Below are positions 38,022 through 47,492 of a stretch of DNA of 64,000 nt, one piece after another. The position numbers and the translations under genes were made by a program. Each line of letters begins with the position of its first letter. Position 1 is the stretch's first letter. Under the pieces are notes generated by a model that worked only from the letters and a program-made list of their open reading frames with translations, made no database searches and had not been told where the DNA came from. Origin of the DNA: a virus; IMG/VR virus record IMGVR_UViG_3300012204_000008, positions 1-64,000 of that record; one strand, written 5' to 3'.

Positions 38022-38596
38022 TAGAGATAGACAGCCTAGAGAAAATTTGGGAGGACTATCAAGCCGACATCAACTTCACTCATCTAAGCGCTATTAGTAA
38101 TTTCGTTCCGGGAGAAGGGAATAAGAATGCCTCTCTCTTCTTTATTGGTGAGGCTCCAGGTGTATTGGAAAACGAACTTAAGCGTCCGTTCGTTGGTAAA
38201 AGCGGTAAACTTCTAACATCTTGCCTCCTTAGGATTGGCCTTGCAAGATCAGATGTCTGGATCACAAACGTTGTCAAATATAGGCCGCCAGGTAATAGAG
38301 ATCCTCATCCATTTGAGATTGAGGCTTCAACTCCTTTTCTTCGTAGAGAAATTAAGATAATCAAACCCAAAATTCTAGTGCCTCTTGGAAGAATAGCATT
38401 AGACCTTATAGTTCCAGGAGCAAGAATTGGTACTTCTCAAGGTCAATTGACATATACTGCCAACAACTTTCCTGTATTTCCTCTTTTTCATCCGTCATAT
38501 GTACTTCGTGGTGGGGAAAGGACCAAGGAGATGTATTTACAAAGTTTTGAAAGACTGCTACACTTGTTACAAGAGAAGGAAGTAAATGCAAACTAA
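38018..38596 (+). CDS. Uracil-DNA glycosylase, family 4-like
   Basis: IGEAPG..E..RPFVG.SG, TNVVK.RPP.NR.P, LGR.A and HPS motifs. Confidence 0.88.
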   Translation: MIEIDSLEKIWEDYQADINFTHLSAISNFVPGEGNKNASLFFIGEAPGVLENELKRPFVGKSGKLLTSCLLRIGLARSDVWITNVVKYRPPGNRDPHPFEIEASTPFLRREIKIIKPKILVPLGRIALDLIVPGARIGTSQGQLTYTANNFPVFPLFHPSYVLRGGERTKEMYLQSFERLLHLLQEKEVNAN

Positions 38597-39185
38597 TGGG
38601 AAGCATCGTAAGCAGAAGTTCCTAGGTAGACAACTAGATAGAAGCCTTTGGAAAATAATTCTAGACGTTTTTATCCTTCTCGTATTTTTAACATTCGTTG
38701 TAATGACGATCGTAATGATCTCTCGTGATGGCTCTACAAAAAATAAGAACCAAACTCAGAAAGAGGAGAAAACATGGCGGGATTACTCCCCGAACATATC
38801 TACGACGCCGCCCTCAAGTCCGCCTATCGTCTTGGACCAACAAGACTTGCAAGAAGTCAAATGGAAGAGGGAATTGACGCAGCCTACCCATACATCGCAG
38901 AGTTCCTCAAAAAGAAAATTATTGAAAGAATCTACGCAGAAGAATATAACAAAAGAGTCAGTTACTCTAACCAAACCCCTGACAGAATTGAAGCGTATCG
39001 AGCAGGGCTTAGACGTGCCATCCACGTCGTTTCAGACTCCCTCGAGTGTGATTGTATCAGATCAATTGAAGCCACAGGAGGAATTAAATACTCCGGATAT
39101 TGTGGGCTCCATAACTGAAGAGCCAATCGAAGAGTCAAGTTGTCACGATCGCGGCAAGCATCTAGGAAAGGAAAAGAATGGCTAA
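38586..39185 (+). CDS. Membrane-anchored protein with S/T/P-rich extracellular part
   Basis: GKHR motif plus TM helix. Confidence 0.45.
   Translation: MQTNGKHRKQKFLGRQLDRSLWKIILDVFILLVFLTFVVMTIVMISRDGSTKNKNQTQKEEKTWRDYSPNISTTPPSSPPIVLDQQDLQEVKWKRELTQPTHTSQSSSKRKLLKESTQKNITKESVTLTKPLTELKRIEQGLDVPSTSFQTPSSVIVSDQLKPQEELNTPDIVGSITEEPIEESSCHDRGKHLGKEKNG
38774..39118 (+). CDS. Hypothetical protein nested in the previous ORF
   Basis: GAGGAG RBS and globular composition. Confidence 0.5.
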   Translation: MAGLLPEHIYDAALKSAYRLGPTRLARSQMEEGIDAAYPYIAEFLKKKIIERIYAEEYNKRVSYSNQTPDRIEAYRAGLRRAIHVVSDSLECDCIRSIEATGGIKYSGYCGLHN

Positions 39186-39330
39186 AAGTAGACGATCATG
39201 TGATTGGTGTCAAAACAATAGAGCTACATTGACCGTAGTAAGAAAGGAAAGATCGGAGTTCAGGGTTTGCCCGTCTTGCGTTGAAATGGGACTTAAGATT
39301 AAATATCAAATAGTTGGAGAGGAAAGATAA

Positions 39331-39702
39331 ATGAAGAAAGATACACTTGTATTTAAAGTTCTTCAAGCGTTCAAGAGCTCAGAAACTGGTGTAGTTGACA
39401 AGTTAGAGCTAATGGCTGAGTTGGGTCTGAGTTCAACTCAAGTTGAAAATGCAATATATCATCTCAAAAGAAAATGTGTAGAACCAATAACCTATAATAA
39501 AGAAAAAAGAGCTTGGGAATATCATGGAATTGAAAAGTTAGTTCCTACTGCCTCGCCTATCGTAAGTGGTACTGGCGACATGTATGATAAGAAACCTTCT
39601 CGCCAAAAGGTTTTCTTTGTAGGGGAAACTTCACTTGGAGTACCAATTTTTGAGTATCATGGAAATCTATACTTGGGTCACCGCGTTTACGAAGACGATT
39701 AA
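39331..39702 (+). CDS. Winged-HTH DNA-binding protein
   Basis: LMAELGLSSTQVENAIYHL; similar to 9463-9840. Confidence 0.6.
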   Translation: MKKDTLVFKVLQAFKSSETGVVDKLELMAELGLSSTQVENAIYHLKRKCVEPITYNKEKRAWEYHGIEKLVPTASPIVSGTGDMYDKKPSRQKVFFVGETSLGVPIFEYHGNLYLGHRVYEDD

Positions 39703-39711
39703 GCTGGTAAA

Positions 39712-42700
39712 ATGGGAGACTTTGTAAGTCTACATCATCACAGCACATATAGCTACTTAGACGGATATGCGACTCCAGAAGAGCACATCATAGCAGCCGC
39801 CAATTTAGAAATGCCGGCTATGGCCCTTACCGAGCATGGAAATATATCGAGCCATGTCAAATTAGAGCAGGCGGCAAATAAGCACGGTATCAAGCCTCTT
39901 TTTGGAATTGAGGCTTATACAGGAAAGGTGGATGAAGATCGATCAAGATGGAAATGGCATCTAACCATACTTGCAATGAACCAGGAAGGATATCGTAATT
40001 TACTAAGAATAACCTCAAAGGGTTGGGCAGAAGGGTTTTTCTATGAACCTACGATATCAGGGGAAATGCTGGCTGAGCACAACGAAGGGCTCATTGTCCT
40101 TTCGGGTTGCAGCGGGTCCAAAATGGCCTGCGATCTCCTTGGAGGTAAGGGAGTACCTCCCCACGAAGTTGATTATGGATCTGCCATTGCCACGGCCAAT
40201 AAATTCCGCGATTTATTTGGAGATCGATATTACCTTGAGACGCAGGCTTTTCCTGAGTTAGAGAGAACTAGAAGTATTAATCAAGCATGGGAGAGAGTTT
40301 CTGAAGAGACTGGTATTCCGATTGTTGCAACCGGAGATGTTCATTATCCGCGCCCTAAAGATGGGGAAATGCAAGTCATCCTCCATGCAATTGATCGGGG
40401 CGGCCGCAATAACACAGTAGAAAAACAGTTGCAGTCGTGGGGATATGACATAAAGTTAACGAACTTCCGCGACGAAATTGTACTTCAGAAATTAATAGCT
40501 ACTGGTCTTAGTTCTCTTGCGGCAGAACAGGCAATTGCCAATACCGGGCTCATCGCAGACCGCTGTAATGTTACCCTGCCGAAGCTAAAAGAGCTACAGT
40601 TTCCTAGTAAAACACCAAACGAAGAACTTTTTAGGCAGTGGTTACGAAAAGGATGGAATTATCGTGGATTTGATAATCTGATTGGTGAAGAAAGAGGGCG
40701 ATACCTGCGTAGACTTAAGCATGAAATTTCTCTAATTGTAGAAAAGGGATTCATTGATTACTTCCTCGTTATTAGTGACGTCGTACGTTTTGCCAAACGC
40801 GAGGGTATCCCTGTCGGTCCAGCTCGAGGAAGCGCGGCCGGTAGTTTAGCCTGTTTTCTCCTCCGTATCACAGAAGTAAATCCAATGCTATTTTCGAACC
40901 TTTTGTTTGAAAGATTCATTGATAAAAACAGGCACGATATTCCAGATATTGATCTTGATTTCGATGATGAGCAACGTTGGAAGATTCGCCAATATCTCTG
41001 CGATCAGTATGGGGAAGATAGAGTAGGAAACATTGGAACCTTTGTAAAATACAAAGGTCGTAATTCTCTAATTGATGTAGCTCGCGTTCATAAAGTTCCA
41101 GTATGGGCTTTAGAGGGAGTAAAAGAAAAACTAATTGAGAGATCTTCGGGAGATTTGCGGGCTAATGCCACAATTGAAGACACAATTGAGATGTTCCCAG
41201 ACGTAAAAAAGATCTTTGAGCAGTTTCCAGAACTTTATCTCGCTAAACGCCTTGAAGGAAATCTTAGGGGATTCAGTGTTCATGCCGCCGGGCTGGTTGT
41301 AGCCAATGAACCACTTACCAATTCGGTAGCTGTCTATACTCGCATTGATAGTAAAACTGGTAATCGCGGTGAAGTTCTAAGTATTGACAAGTATGATGCC
41401 GAGTATCTTAACGCCCTGAAGATCGACTTTCTTGGTCTCAAAACAATGGGTGTAATTAGAAGATGCCTTGAATTAACTGGTATGAGCCTTGAGGAATTGT
41501 ATAAACTCCCATTAGACGACCCAGAAGTTTACGCAGGTTTCAAACGCAACGAAGTAATCGGTATCTTCCAGTTTGATGGTCGGGCAATGCGTTCAGTTAA
41601 TCGTGAAGTTAAGCCAGATAACTTTTCTGAATTAGCTGACATCAATGCTCTATCTCGTCCCGGTCCCCTCCATTCAGGTGCCGCAGCCGAGTATATAATG
41701 GTCAAACATAGAAAGAAAGAGCAAGAAGATCTCGGCGAAGTAGTAGCTCGTATTACTGAAGACAGCAACGGACAAATTGTTTATCAAGAATCTATATTAC
41801 AAGTAGTTAGGGAATTGGGCGGCTTCAGTTGGGAAGAGGCTGCCAGGATTCGTAAGCTGATTTCTAAGAAGCAAGGTGAACAAGCCTTCCAACAAATGAG
41901 AATGAAATTTATTAAGGGCGCAATAGGAAATGATTTAGAGGAAAGAATTGCAGATAAAGTATGGAAGCAACTTGTTACTGCGGGCGCGTATGCGTTCAAC
42001 AGAGCACATTCGATAAGCTATAGTATCATTGCTTACTGGACAATGTGGATCAAACAACACTTTCCGCTACAATTCTACTGTGCTTCGTTACAAAAGTACG
42101 ACCCAAAGACGAAAGGATTTGACCTCTTAAAGGAAGCTAAGAAGAAGGAAATTCCTGTCCTACCACCCCATCCTATCAGGAGTGAAATCACCTGGTCAAT
42201 TAACAAGGAACTTGGAGGACTTCAAGCTGGTATTACACAAATTCCAGGAATTGGTGAAAAAATCGCAACTGCGATGATAGACTACAGAGAGGCTGGAATT
42301 TCTGAGATAAAAGAATGGAAGGATTATTTACCAGTTCGTGGTATTGGGCCAAAAACAATTGAGTCCTTAGAAGAATTTTCAACAACTGAAGACCCGTTTG
42401 GCCTAGACCTCCTTACCAAAACCCTAGAAAAAGTTCGCGCATGGCTATGGGAAAATGGTGACGCAGAAGGGCTTCCTTTCCCAACTTCTACAGCAGAAGA
42501 TATTCCATATAGTGATATTGCAGGTCAACATGTTTGGCTCGGAACTGTCCGAGAAATTAACCTTAAGGATGTGATAGAATTACATAGATCGCGAACAGGA
42601 GAGGAATTAAATCCAGCCACTATCAAACAACCAGAATATCTCAATTATGCAGTATTAACCTGCGAGGATCAAACTGGTCCATTAGTAATAACTGTCCATA

Positions 42701-42852
42701 GATGGAACGGTCTTTATGAGAAATATAAGAAAGAGATATGGAATATCAAAAAAGATAGAGATTTGATATTGGTAAATGGATATAAGAGAAAGGAATTTCG
42801 CAGAGCCATTTATGCAAATAACATATGGATAATAAATACGGGGGAAATATGA
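39712..42852 (+). CDS. dnaE: DNA polymerase III alpha subunit (DnaE-like)
   Basis: PHP domain (LHHHSTYS.LDG, ALTEHG), GPARGSAAGSL, PDIDLDF, SVHAAG, LKIDFLGL, GIFQF and YAFNRAHS motifs. Confidence 0.95.
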   Translation: MGDFVSLHHHSTYSYLDGYATPEEHIIAAANLEMPAMALTEHGNISSHVKLEQAANKHGIKPLFGIEAYTGKVDEDRSRWKWHLTILAMNQEGYRNLLRITSKGWAEGFFYEPTISGEMLAEHNEGLIVLSGCSGSKMACDLLGGKGVPPHEVDYGSAIATANKFRDLFGDRYYLETQAFPELERTRSINQAWERVSEETGIPIVATGDVHYPRPKDGEMQVILHAIDRGGRNNTVEKQLQSWGYDIKLTNFRDEIVLQKLIATGLSSLAAEQAIANTGLIADRCNVTLPKLKELQFPSKTPNEELFRQWLRKGWNYRGFDNLIGEERGRYLRRLKHEISLIVEKGFIDYFLVISDVVRFAKREGIPVGPARGSAAGSLACFLLRITEVNPMLFSNLLFERFIDKNRHDIPDIDLDFDDEQRWKIRQYLCDQYGEDRVGNIGTFVKYKGRNSLIDVARVHKVPVWALEGVKEKLIERSSGDLRANATIEDTIEMFPDVKKIFEQFPELYLAKRLEGNLRGFSVHAAGLVVANEPLTNSVAVYTRIDSKTGNRGEVLSIDKYDAEYLNALKIDFLGLKTMGVIRRCLELTGMSLEELYKLPLDDPEVYAGFKRNEVIGIFQFDGRAMRSVNREVKPDNFSELADINALSRPGPLHSGAAAEYIMVKHRKKEQEDLGEVVARITEDSNGQIVYQESILQVVRELGGFSWEEAARIRKLISKKQGEQAFQQMRMKFIKGAIGNDLEERIADKVWKQLVTAGAYAFNRAHSISYSIIAYWTMWIKQHFPLQFYCASLQKYDPKTKGFDLLKEAKKKEIPVLPPHPIRSEITWSINKELGGLQAGITQIPGIGEKIATAMIDYREAGISEIKEWKDYLPVRGIGPKTIESLEEFSTTEDPFGLDLLTKTLEKVRAWLWENGDAEGLPFPTSTAEDIPYSDIAGQHVWLGTVREINLKDVIELHRSRTGEELNPATIKQPEYLNYAVLTCEDQTGPLVITVHRWNGLYEKYKKEIWNIKKDRDLILVNGYKRKEFRRAIYANNIWIINTGEI

Positions 42853-43511
42853 AAGTTTGCACTATTTGCAAAGAATTAAAAGAAGATGTGGAATTCTATC
42901 ACACCCCAAGAAATAAAAATGGATTAACAAGTCGATGCAAAAAATGTCACAGTGAGATGGTGAAACAGTGTTCCAAAAATCTTAAGGCCTTTATGGTGAA
43001 CGGATACGGCGGTAAATGTAATTGCTGCTTTGAAGAGAATATTAAATTTCTAACTATAGATCATGTAGACGGTGGAGGAAGGTCTCATAGAAAAGAGTTG
43101 GGAAGAAAAAGAGTTTACTCTATAGCAATTCAAAATAATTTTCCTGAGGAATATCAGATATTGTGTTACAATTGCAACATTGCAAGATCTTACCATGGGC
43201 ATGGAATATGTCCGCATAAGAAAATTCCAGAAACTAGATATAAAAACCACAATTTAATAAAGATATGGGAAAAAGTTTTAGAGGCGTATGGAGGAAAATG
43301 TGAGTGTTGTTCCGAGATAAATGAATTTTTTCTTTCGATTGATCATATTGATCCATCCGATAAAAATAGAAAATTGAAGGGTGGTATACATCTATATAGG
43401 AGACTTATTAGAGAAAATTTTCCTAACGATGTTAGATTGTTATGCTATAACTGTAATTGTGCGAGGTCCAAAAATTATGGAATATGCCCTCATAAATACA
43501 TAGAAGGATAG
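42849..43511 (+). CDS. HNH endonuclease (tandem HNH domains)
   Basis: Two YGGKC.CC...L.IDH...LCYNCN repeats. Confidence 0.85.
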   Translation: MKVCTICKELKEDVEFYHTPRNKNGLTSRCKKCHSEMVKQCSKNLKAFMVNGYGGKCNCCFEENIKFLTIDHVDGGGRSHRKELGRKRVYSIAIQNNFPEEYQILCYNCNIARSYHGHGICPHKKIPETRYKNHNLIKIWEKVLEAYGGKCECCSEINEFFLSIDHIDPSDKNRKLKGGIHLYRRLIRENFPNDVRLLCYNCNCARSKNYGICPHKYIEG

Positions 43512-43519
43512 GAGATTCT

Positions 43520-44089
43520 ATGAAGCTAGAGCTCATTGAAAAAATGGACAATGTATACATGAAGTACAATCGCGCTCTAAGAGGAATTGAGATCAAGGAA
43601 GAGATAGATGAGATAGCGATCCTTTTTGAGAATAGAGAATTACTTGGACAATTTGTTGCTAACGCTGGGGAAGATTGGAACCATTTCGGCTCAGCTAGAG
43701 ATCTAGTATATACACGGCCAATGGATACTTCTTACCGTGTAATGTATGAGTTTTTTAATGTTGGAGGCAGACCATATAGGGTAGAAGCAATGGCGCTTAT
43801 TGATGGGCATTCGCCAGTCCATGCCTCTGCTACAGCCTTATTTCCTTATATGCCAAGTCCAGAATTGAAAATGGAATCACCACTTATCATTCATGCAAGT
43901 TGGAAATCCAAGAGTCGTTCATTGTACGGAGAAACCCTATGGCTTTTAGGGGTCAATCATTTTGAATTAGCGCAACAGTGCAAATCAGATTATGGAGAGT
44001 TCTGTTATTATAACCATCCACATTTAGGTTTCTCACCACCAATATACTTCAAGCCAAGACTAAACATGAGGGATGAAATTTATGGATAA
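43520..44089 (+). CDS. Hypothetical protein, possibly VOC/glyoxalase-like fold
   Basis: IDEIAI, RVEAM, IIHASW and YFKPR pattern; lies within the nucleotide-metabolism cluster. Confidence 0.5.
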   Translation: MKLELIEKMDNVYMKYNRALRGIEIKEEIDEIAILFENRELLGQFVANAGEDWNHFGSARDLVYTRPMDTSYRVMYEFFNVGGRPYRVEAMALIDGHSPVHASATALFPYMPSPELKMESPLIIHASWKSKSRSLYGETLWLLGVNHFELAQQCKSDYGEFCYYNHPHLGFSPPIYFKPRLNMRDEIYG

Positions 44090-44786
44090 AGAAAAAGTTC
44101 TAGTTGTAGGTGCAAGACAAAATTCTCTAGGAGAAGCTGTTGCAAAACTCCTAAAAGAAGGAGACAATTTTTTTGAAGTTGTTACAGCGGGCCTAAATTA
44201 TGGAGGTCTTCAACCTCATGAGGATTATTCGCTAGATATTACCTCTTCTAATTCTTCATTGGCTCTAATTCTGAAAGAAATTCAGCCGAGGATCATCGTT
44301 TGTACGACCGGAATCAACGAACCATTTTCAATCTTAAAAGATGGTTTTATCGGTAACATTTGGAATCAAATGGAAATTAATTATTGTGGTGTCATGAATT
44401 TACTAAGCTGCTGCCTCAAGATAGACCTAGATCTTTCTCAGTTCGTAGCTGTCAGTAGTAATAGCGCCCATATTCCACGTAGTGAAAGTCTCGGATACTG
44501 TGCAAGTAAGGCTGCATTGAGCATGGGAATAAGAGTTGCAGCCAGAGAGGTGGCAAAAAATCTTAATTCACCTCCCTCGATCTATTGTTATGAGTTTGGT
44601 TTGCTTGAGGGTACGCCCATGACCAAAAAATTAGAAGAGAACTACGGATCTAATCTCACGAGAATGGTTGAATTACCAAGAGGGATTCCATTGGAGTTCG
44701 CGGCCATACATATTTACAACAATATTAGATATGGTGCAGAAGAACTTAACGGGGTCTGTCTCAGAATCGACAATGGAGAGATATAA
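44073..44786 (+). CDS. Short-chain dehydrogenase/reductase
   Basis: VVGA...SLG, TTGIN, VSSNS and YCASKAA (YxxxK) motifs. Confidence 0.85.
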   Translation: MKFMDKEKVLVVGARQNSLGEAVAKLLKEGDNFFEVVTAGLNYGGLQPHEDYSLDITSSNSSLALILKEIQPRIIVCTTGINEPFSILKDGFIGNIWNQMEINYCGVMNLLSCCLKIDLDLSQFVAVSSNSAHIPRSESLGYCASKAALSMGIRVAAREVAKNLNSPPSIYCYEFGLLEGTPMTKKLEENYGSNLTRMVELPRGIPLEFAAIHIYNNIRYGAEELNGVCLRIDNGEI

Positions 44787-46796
44787 ATGAAACAAGAAAT
44801 TAGTAAGTTTGCTGATATCGCAATGTACCAGTCAGAAGAGATGCCAGATAATACAAAAAGTGCCCCAAAAGTTTACCTTCTCAACATGACAAGGGATCCC
44901 CTAGGATCAATTGCCGCAGCTTGCCAAATGTATGAGGGGAAGGTTATCAGAGATCTCTCACAAGTAACAGACGAACAAAGAAAGCGATATTTTGAACAAG
45001 TTCAAAAGACACATCTGCAAGCACCATTTGAATTTGTGGACTTCCATTTCATGATCGAGGGAGTAACTCGCGCCTTTACACACCAAATCGTCCGTCAACG
45101 TACGGCCTGTCTCTCTGGAGATACAGAAATTTATACAGAAAGAAAAGATAGACGTAGAACTATTGCTCAATTATATGATCAATGGAACAAAGGGGGGAAT
45201 CTTCGAGGTCCTTTAAGCAGAATAAAAATTAGAACTGTTACAGATGAAGGGATGATTGTTTATAGGACCATAGGGGCAGTATATCAAAATGGAATAAAGG
45301 ATGTTTGGGAAGTTAAAACTCATGATGGGAAAACTATAAAAACAACCGAAGATCATTTGTTATGGAGACCGAATAAAGAGTGGTCTGAGTTGCAAGATCT
45401 AAAAGTGGGAGATGAAATAGTAGCCAATGGCGTAGAGTTAGTCAAAGATGAGAAATGGCTTCACGATAAAATTGAGCAAGGTCTAAATTACGCACAAATC
45501 GCAAGGCTATCAAATTGTTCCAAACCCACCATCAAGAAATACTGCATAAGATATAATTTGTTTCCAAAGTCAAATGTAGATCTCGCAGCAGATGAGACAT
45601 GGTTAAAACAAAAAGTTAGCGAAGGATTTTCAACTAAACAAATAGCTGAGTTAGCTGATTGCTCAACTTCTCATGTGAAAAAATATCGTAGAGTCTACGA
45701 TATCCATGGACAAGGTGGTGTTCCAGTAGGTTTCAAACATTCTGAAGAATCCAAGATGAATATGAGAGGACCTAAGCCGAAATGGTCAGAGGAAGCTAAA
45801 CAAAAATTCAGCAAATGGTGTTTAGAAAATAGGGGAGGGAAAAACCCAGAAAATTATTCTGGAATGGATCCAGGACATAGAGTAGCCCAGGTCTTGTTCA
45901 ATCACCTTAAAGAAAAAGGCTGTGCTTGGTGCGGTGAAAACCATGGAAGAATGCAATTGGCACATTTAGACGGAAATCCAATGAATAATAAGCCAGGAAA
46001 TGTACAAGCTATGTGCAATCCATGCCATCATGCGATGGATACAGGATCTCTGCCAAGAAAAACATATCCGACAAAGATAGTTTCAATCTCTTATATCGGA
46101 AAGGAGATGACTTATGATATAGAAATGAATGGTGAATATCATAGATTTGTTGCTAATGGCTTAGTTGTTCATAATTGCTATGCCCAAGAGAGTCTAAGGT
46201 TTGCCGTTAAGAATAATTTACGTGAAGAGGTTAGGTTGCCACCTTCTCTTGCTAACACCACTTACGATGCAGAAGAACTAGACGAAGACAGCTATACCCT
46301 GGCCAGCAATGAACAGAGAATGAGAATGGATTGGGAACACGCTATTGACCAGATGGAGCAGATGTACCACAAGCTCATTGACAAAGGAATGCCAGCAGAG
46401 GACGCACGTGGCCTGCTGCCACATTCTGTGACCACACGGCTGCACTACAAGACCAACCTACGTGGGCTTCTAGAGCACCTTGGTAATCGTTTATGCACGC
46501 AAGCACAATTCGAATGGCGTTCAGTGGCCTCTGGAATCGTGCAAGCTATTAGAGAGTTTCCTTGCGAGAAAGAGTTTCGTTGGCAGCAAGAAACACTGTC
46601 GGAGATTTTTCGACCAGTCTGTTATCAATTAGGGCATTGTGCCTTCATGGCTGACTTTGATAGATACTGCTCTATTCGAGACCGTGTAGAAGAGCATCAC
46701 AAGAAGGGAGAACCCTCTACTATTTGGCTCGATATCCACCCGTCAGAATGGTTGAATAACCCAACAGGAGCTAGGGAGAAAAGAAATGATCTGTAA
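44787..46796 (+). CDS. thyX: Flavin-dependent thymidylate synthase (ThyX)-like, intein-containing
   Basis: PFEF, VTRAFTHQ.VRQR..|.YAQESLR, AEDARGLLP, NLR and RLC..AQ.EW motifs. Confidence 0.88.
   Translation: MKQEISKFADIAMYQSEEMPDNTKSAPKVYLLNMTRDPLGSIAAACQMYEGKVIRDLSQVTDEQRKRYFEQVQKTHLQAPFEFVDFHFMIEGVTRAFTHQIVRQRTACLSGDTEIYTERKDRRRTIAQLYDQWNKGGNLRGPLSRIKIRTVTDEGMIVYRTIGAVYQNGIKDVWEVKTHDGKTIKTTEDHLLWRPNKEWSELQDLKVGDEIVANGVELVKDEKWLHDKIEQGLNYAQIARLSNCSKPTIKKYCIRYNLFPKSNVDLAADETWLKQKVSEGFSTKQIAELADCSTSHVKKYRRVYDIHGQGGVPVGFKHSEESKMNMRGPKPKWSEEAKQKFSKWCLENRGGKNPENYSGMDPGHRVAQVLFNHLKEKGCAWCGENHGRMQLAHLDGNPMNNKPGNVQAMCNPCHHAMDTGSLPRKTYPTKIVSISYIGKEMTYDIEMNGEYHRFVANGLVVHNCYAQESLRFAVKNNLREEVRLPPSLANTTYDAEELDEDSYTLASNEQRMRMDWEHAIDQMEQMYHKLIDKGMPAEDARGLLPHSVTTRLHYKTNLRGLLEHLGNRLCTQAQFEWRSVASGIVQAIREFPCEKEFRWQQETLSEIFRPVCYQLGHCAFMADFDRYCSIRDRVEEHHKKGEPSTIWLDIHPSEWLNNPTGAREKRNDL
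45108..46175 (+). mobile_element. Class 1 intein with HTH repeats and an HNH endonuclease (356 aa)
   Basis: A|CLSGDT...TEDH...CAWC..AHLDGNPMNN...C..CH...TYDIE...VVHN|C. Confidence 0.88.
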
Positions 46797-46898
46797 AGTT
46801 TGCGGCAAAGAAATACTAATGATGACGTACAAATATACTCCATACTGCTGTGGAGTTTGTTCTAAGAAAGATGGAAATAGTTCGTAGGAGAAGGAGTT

Positions 46899-47483
46899 AT
46901 GTTTAAGTCATGGGAAATTAGAGGGAGCGATCCGTGCTTAGTAATTAACTCATTCGATCCAGGTGTAACTACTGGATGGTCTATACATAGGATACCGATA
47001 AAGGAGTTAGTGTCTGAAGGTTTCAAAGCAAGCATACATTGCGAGTCCTTCTGTTGGAATTCAGGGGAGATATACAAATTCCGCAAAGAGAATCAAACGA
47101 TAGCAGATATGCTAAAGGTGTCTAGATTCGCTTGGTCACTGGCAGAGGAAGAAAATGGAGACGTTTTCGTTATAATACTAGAAGACTTTATACTAGACAC
47201 ATTAGATTCCTCCCGTGACCTACTTTCCCCCGTTAGAATAAATGCTAAGTTTGACTACGCCATGAAAGATTCCGGTATCTGTATCGTTATGCAACTAGCT
47301 AGCGAAGCTATGTGGACAGTGACAGATGCCCGTCTTAAATCGTGGGGACTGTATAAGGCCGGTTTACAACATGCGAGAGACGCCCAACGCCACGCCATCC
47401 TATTTGCACGAAAATACGCCTCAAAAGTTGATCTCAGAAATAAGATAGATGCTTATAATCACAATGGTCATGGTGCTCATTAA
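46899..47483 (+). CDS. RuvC-like Holliday junction resolvase
   Basis: SFDPGVTTG, ILEDF and HARDA.RH motifs. Confidence 0.75.
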   Translation: MFKSWEIRGSDPCLVINSFDPGVTTGWSIHRIPIKELVSEGFKASIHCESFCWNSGEIYKFRKENQTIADMLKVSRFAWSLAEEENGDVFVIILEDFILDTLDSSRDLLSPVRINAKFDYAMKDSGICIVMQLASEAMWTVTDARLKSWGLYKAGLQHARDAQRHAILFARKYASKVDLRNKIDAYNHNGHGAH

Positions 47484-47492
47484 AATTGTCCT

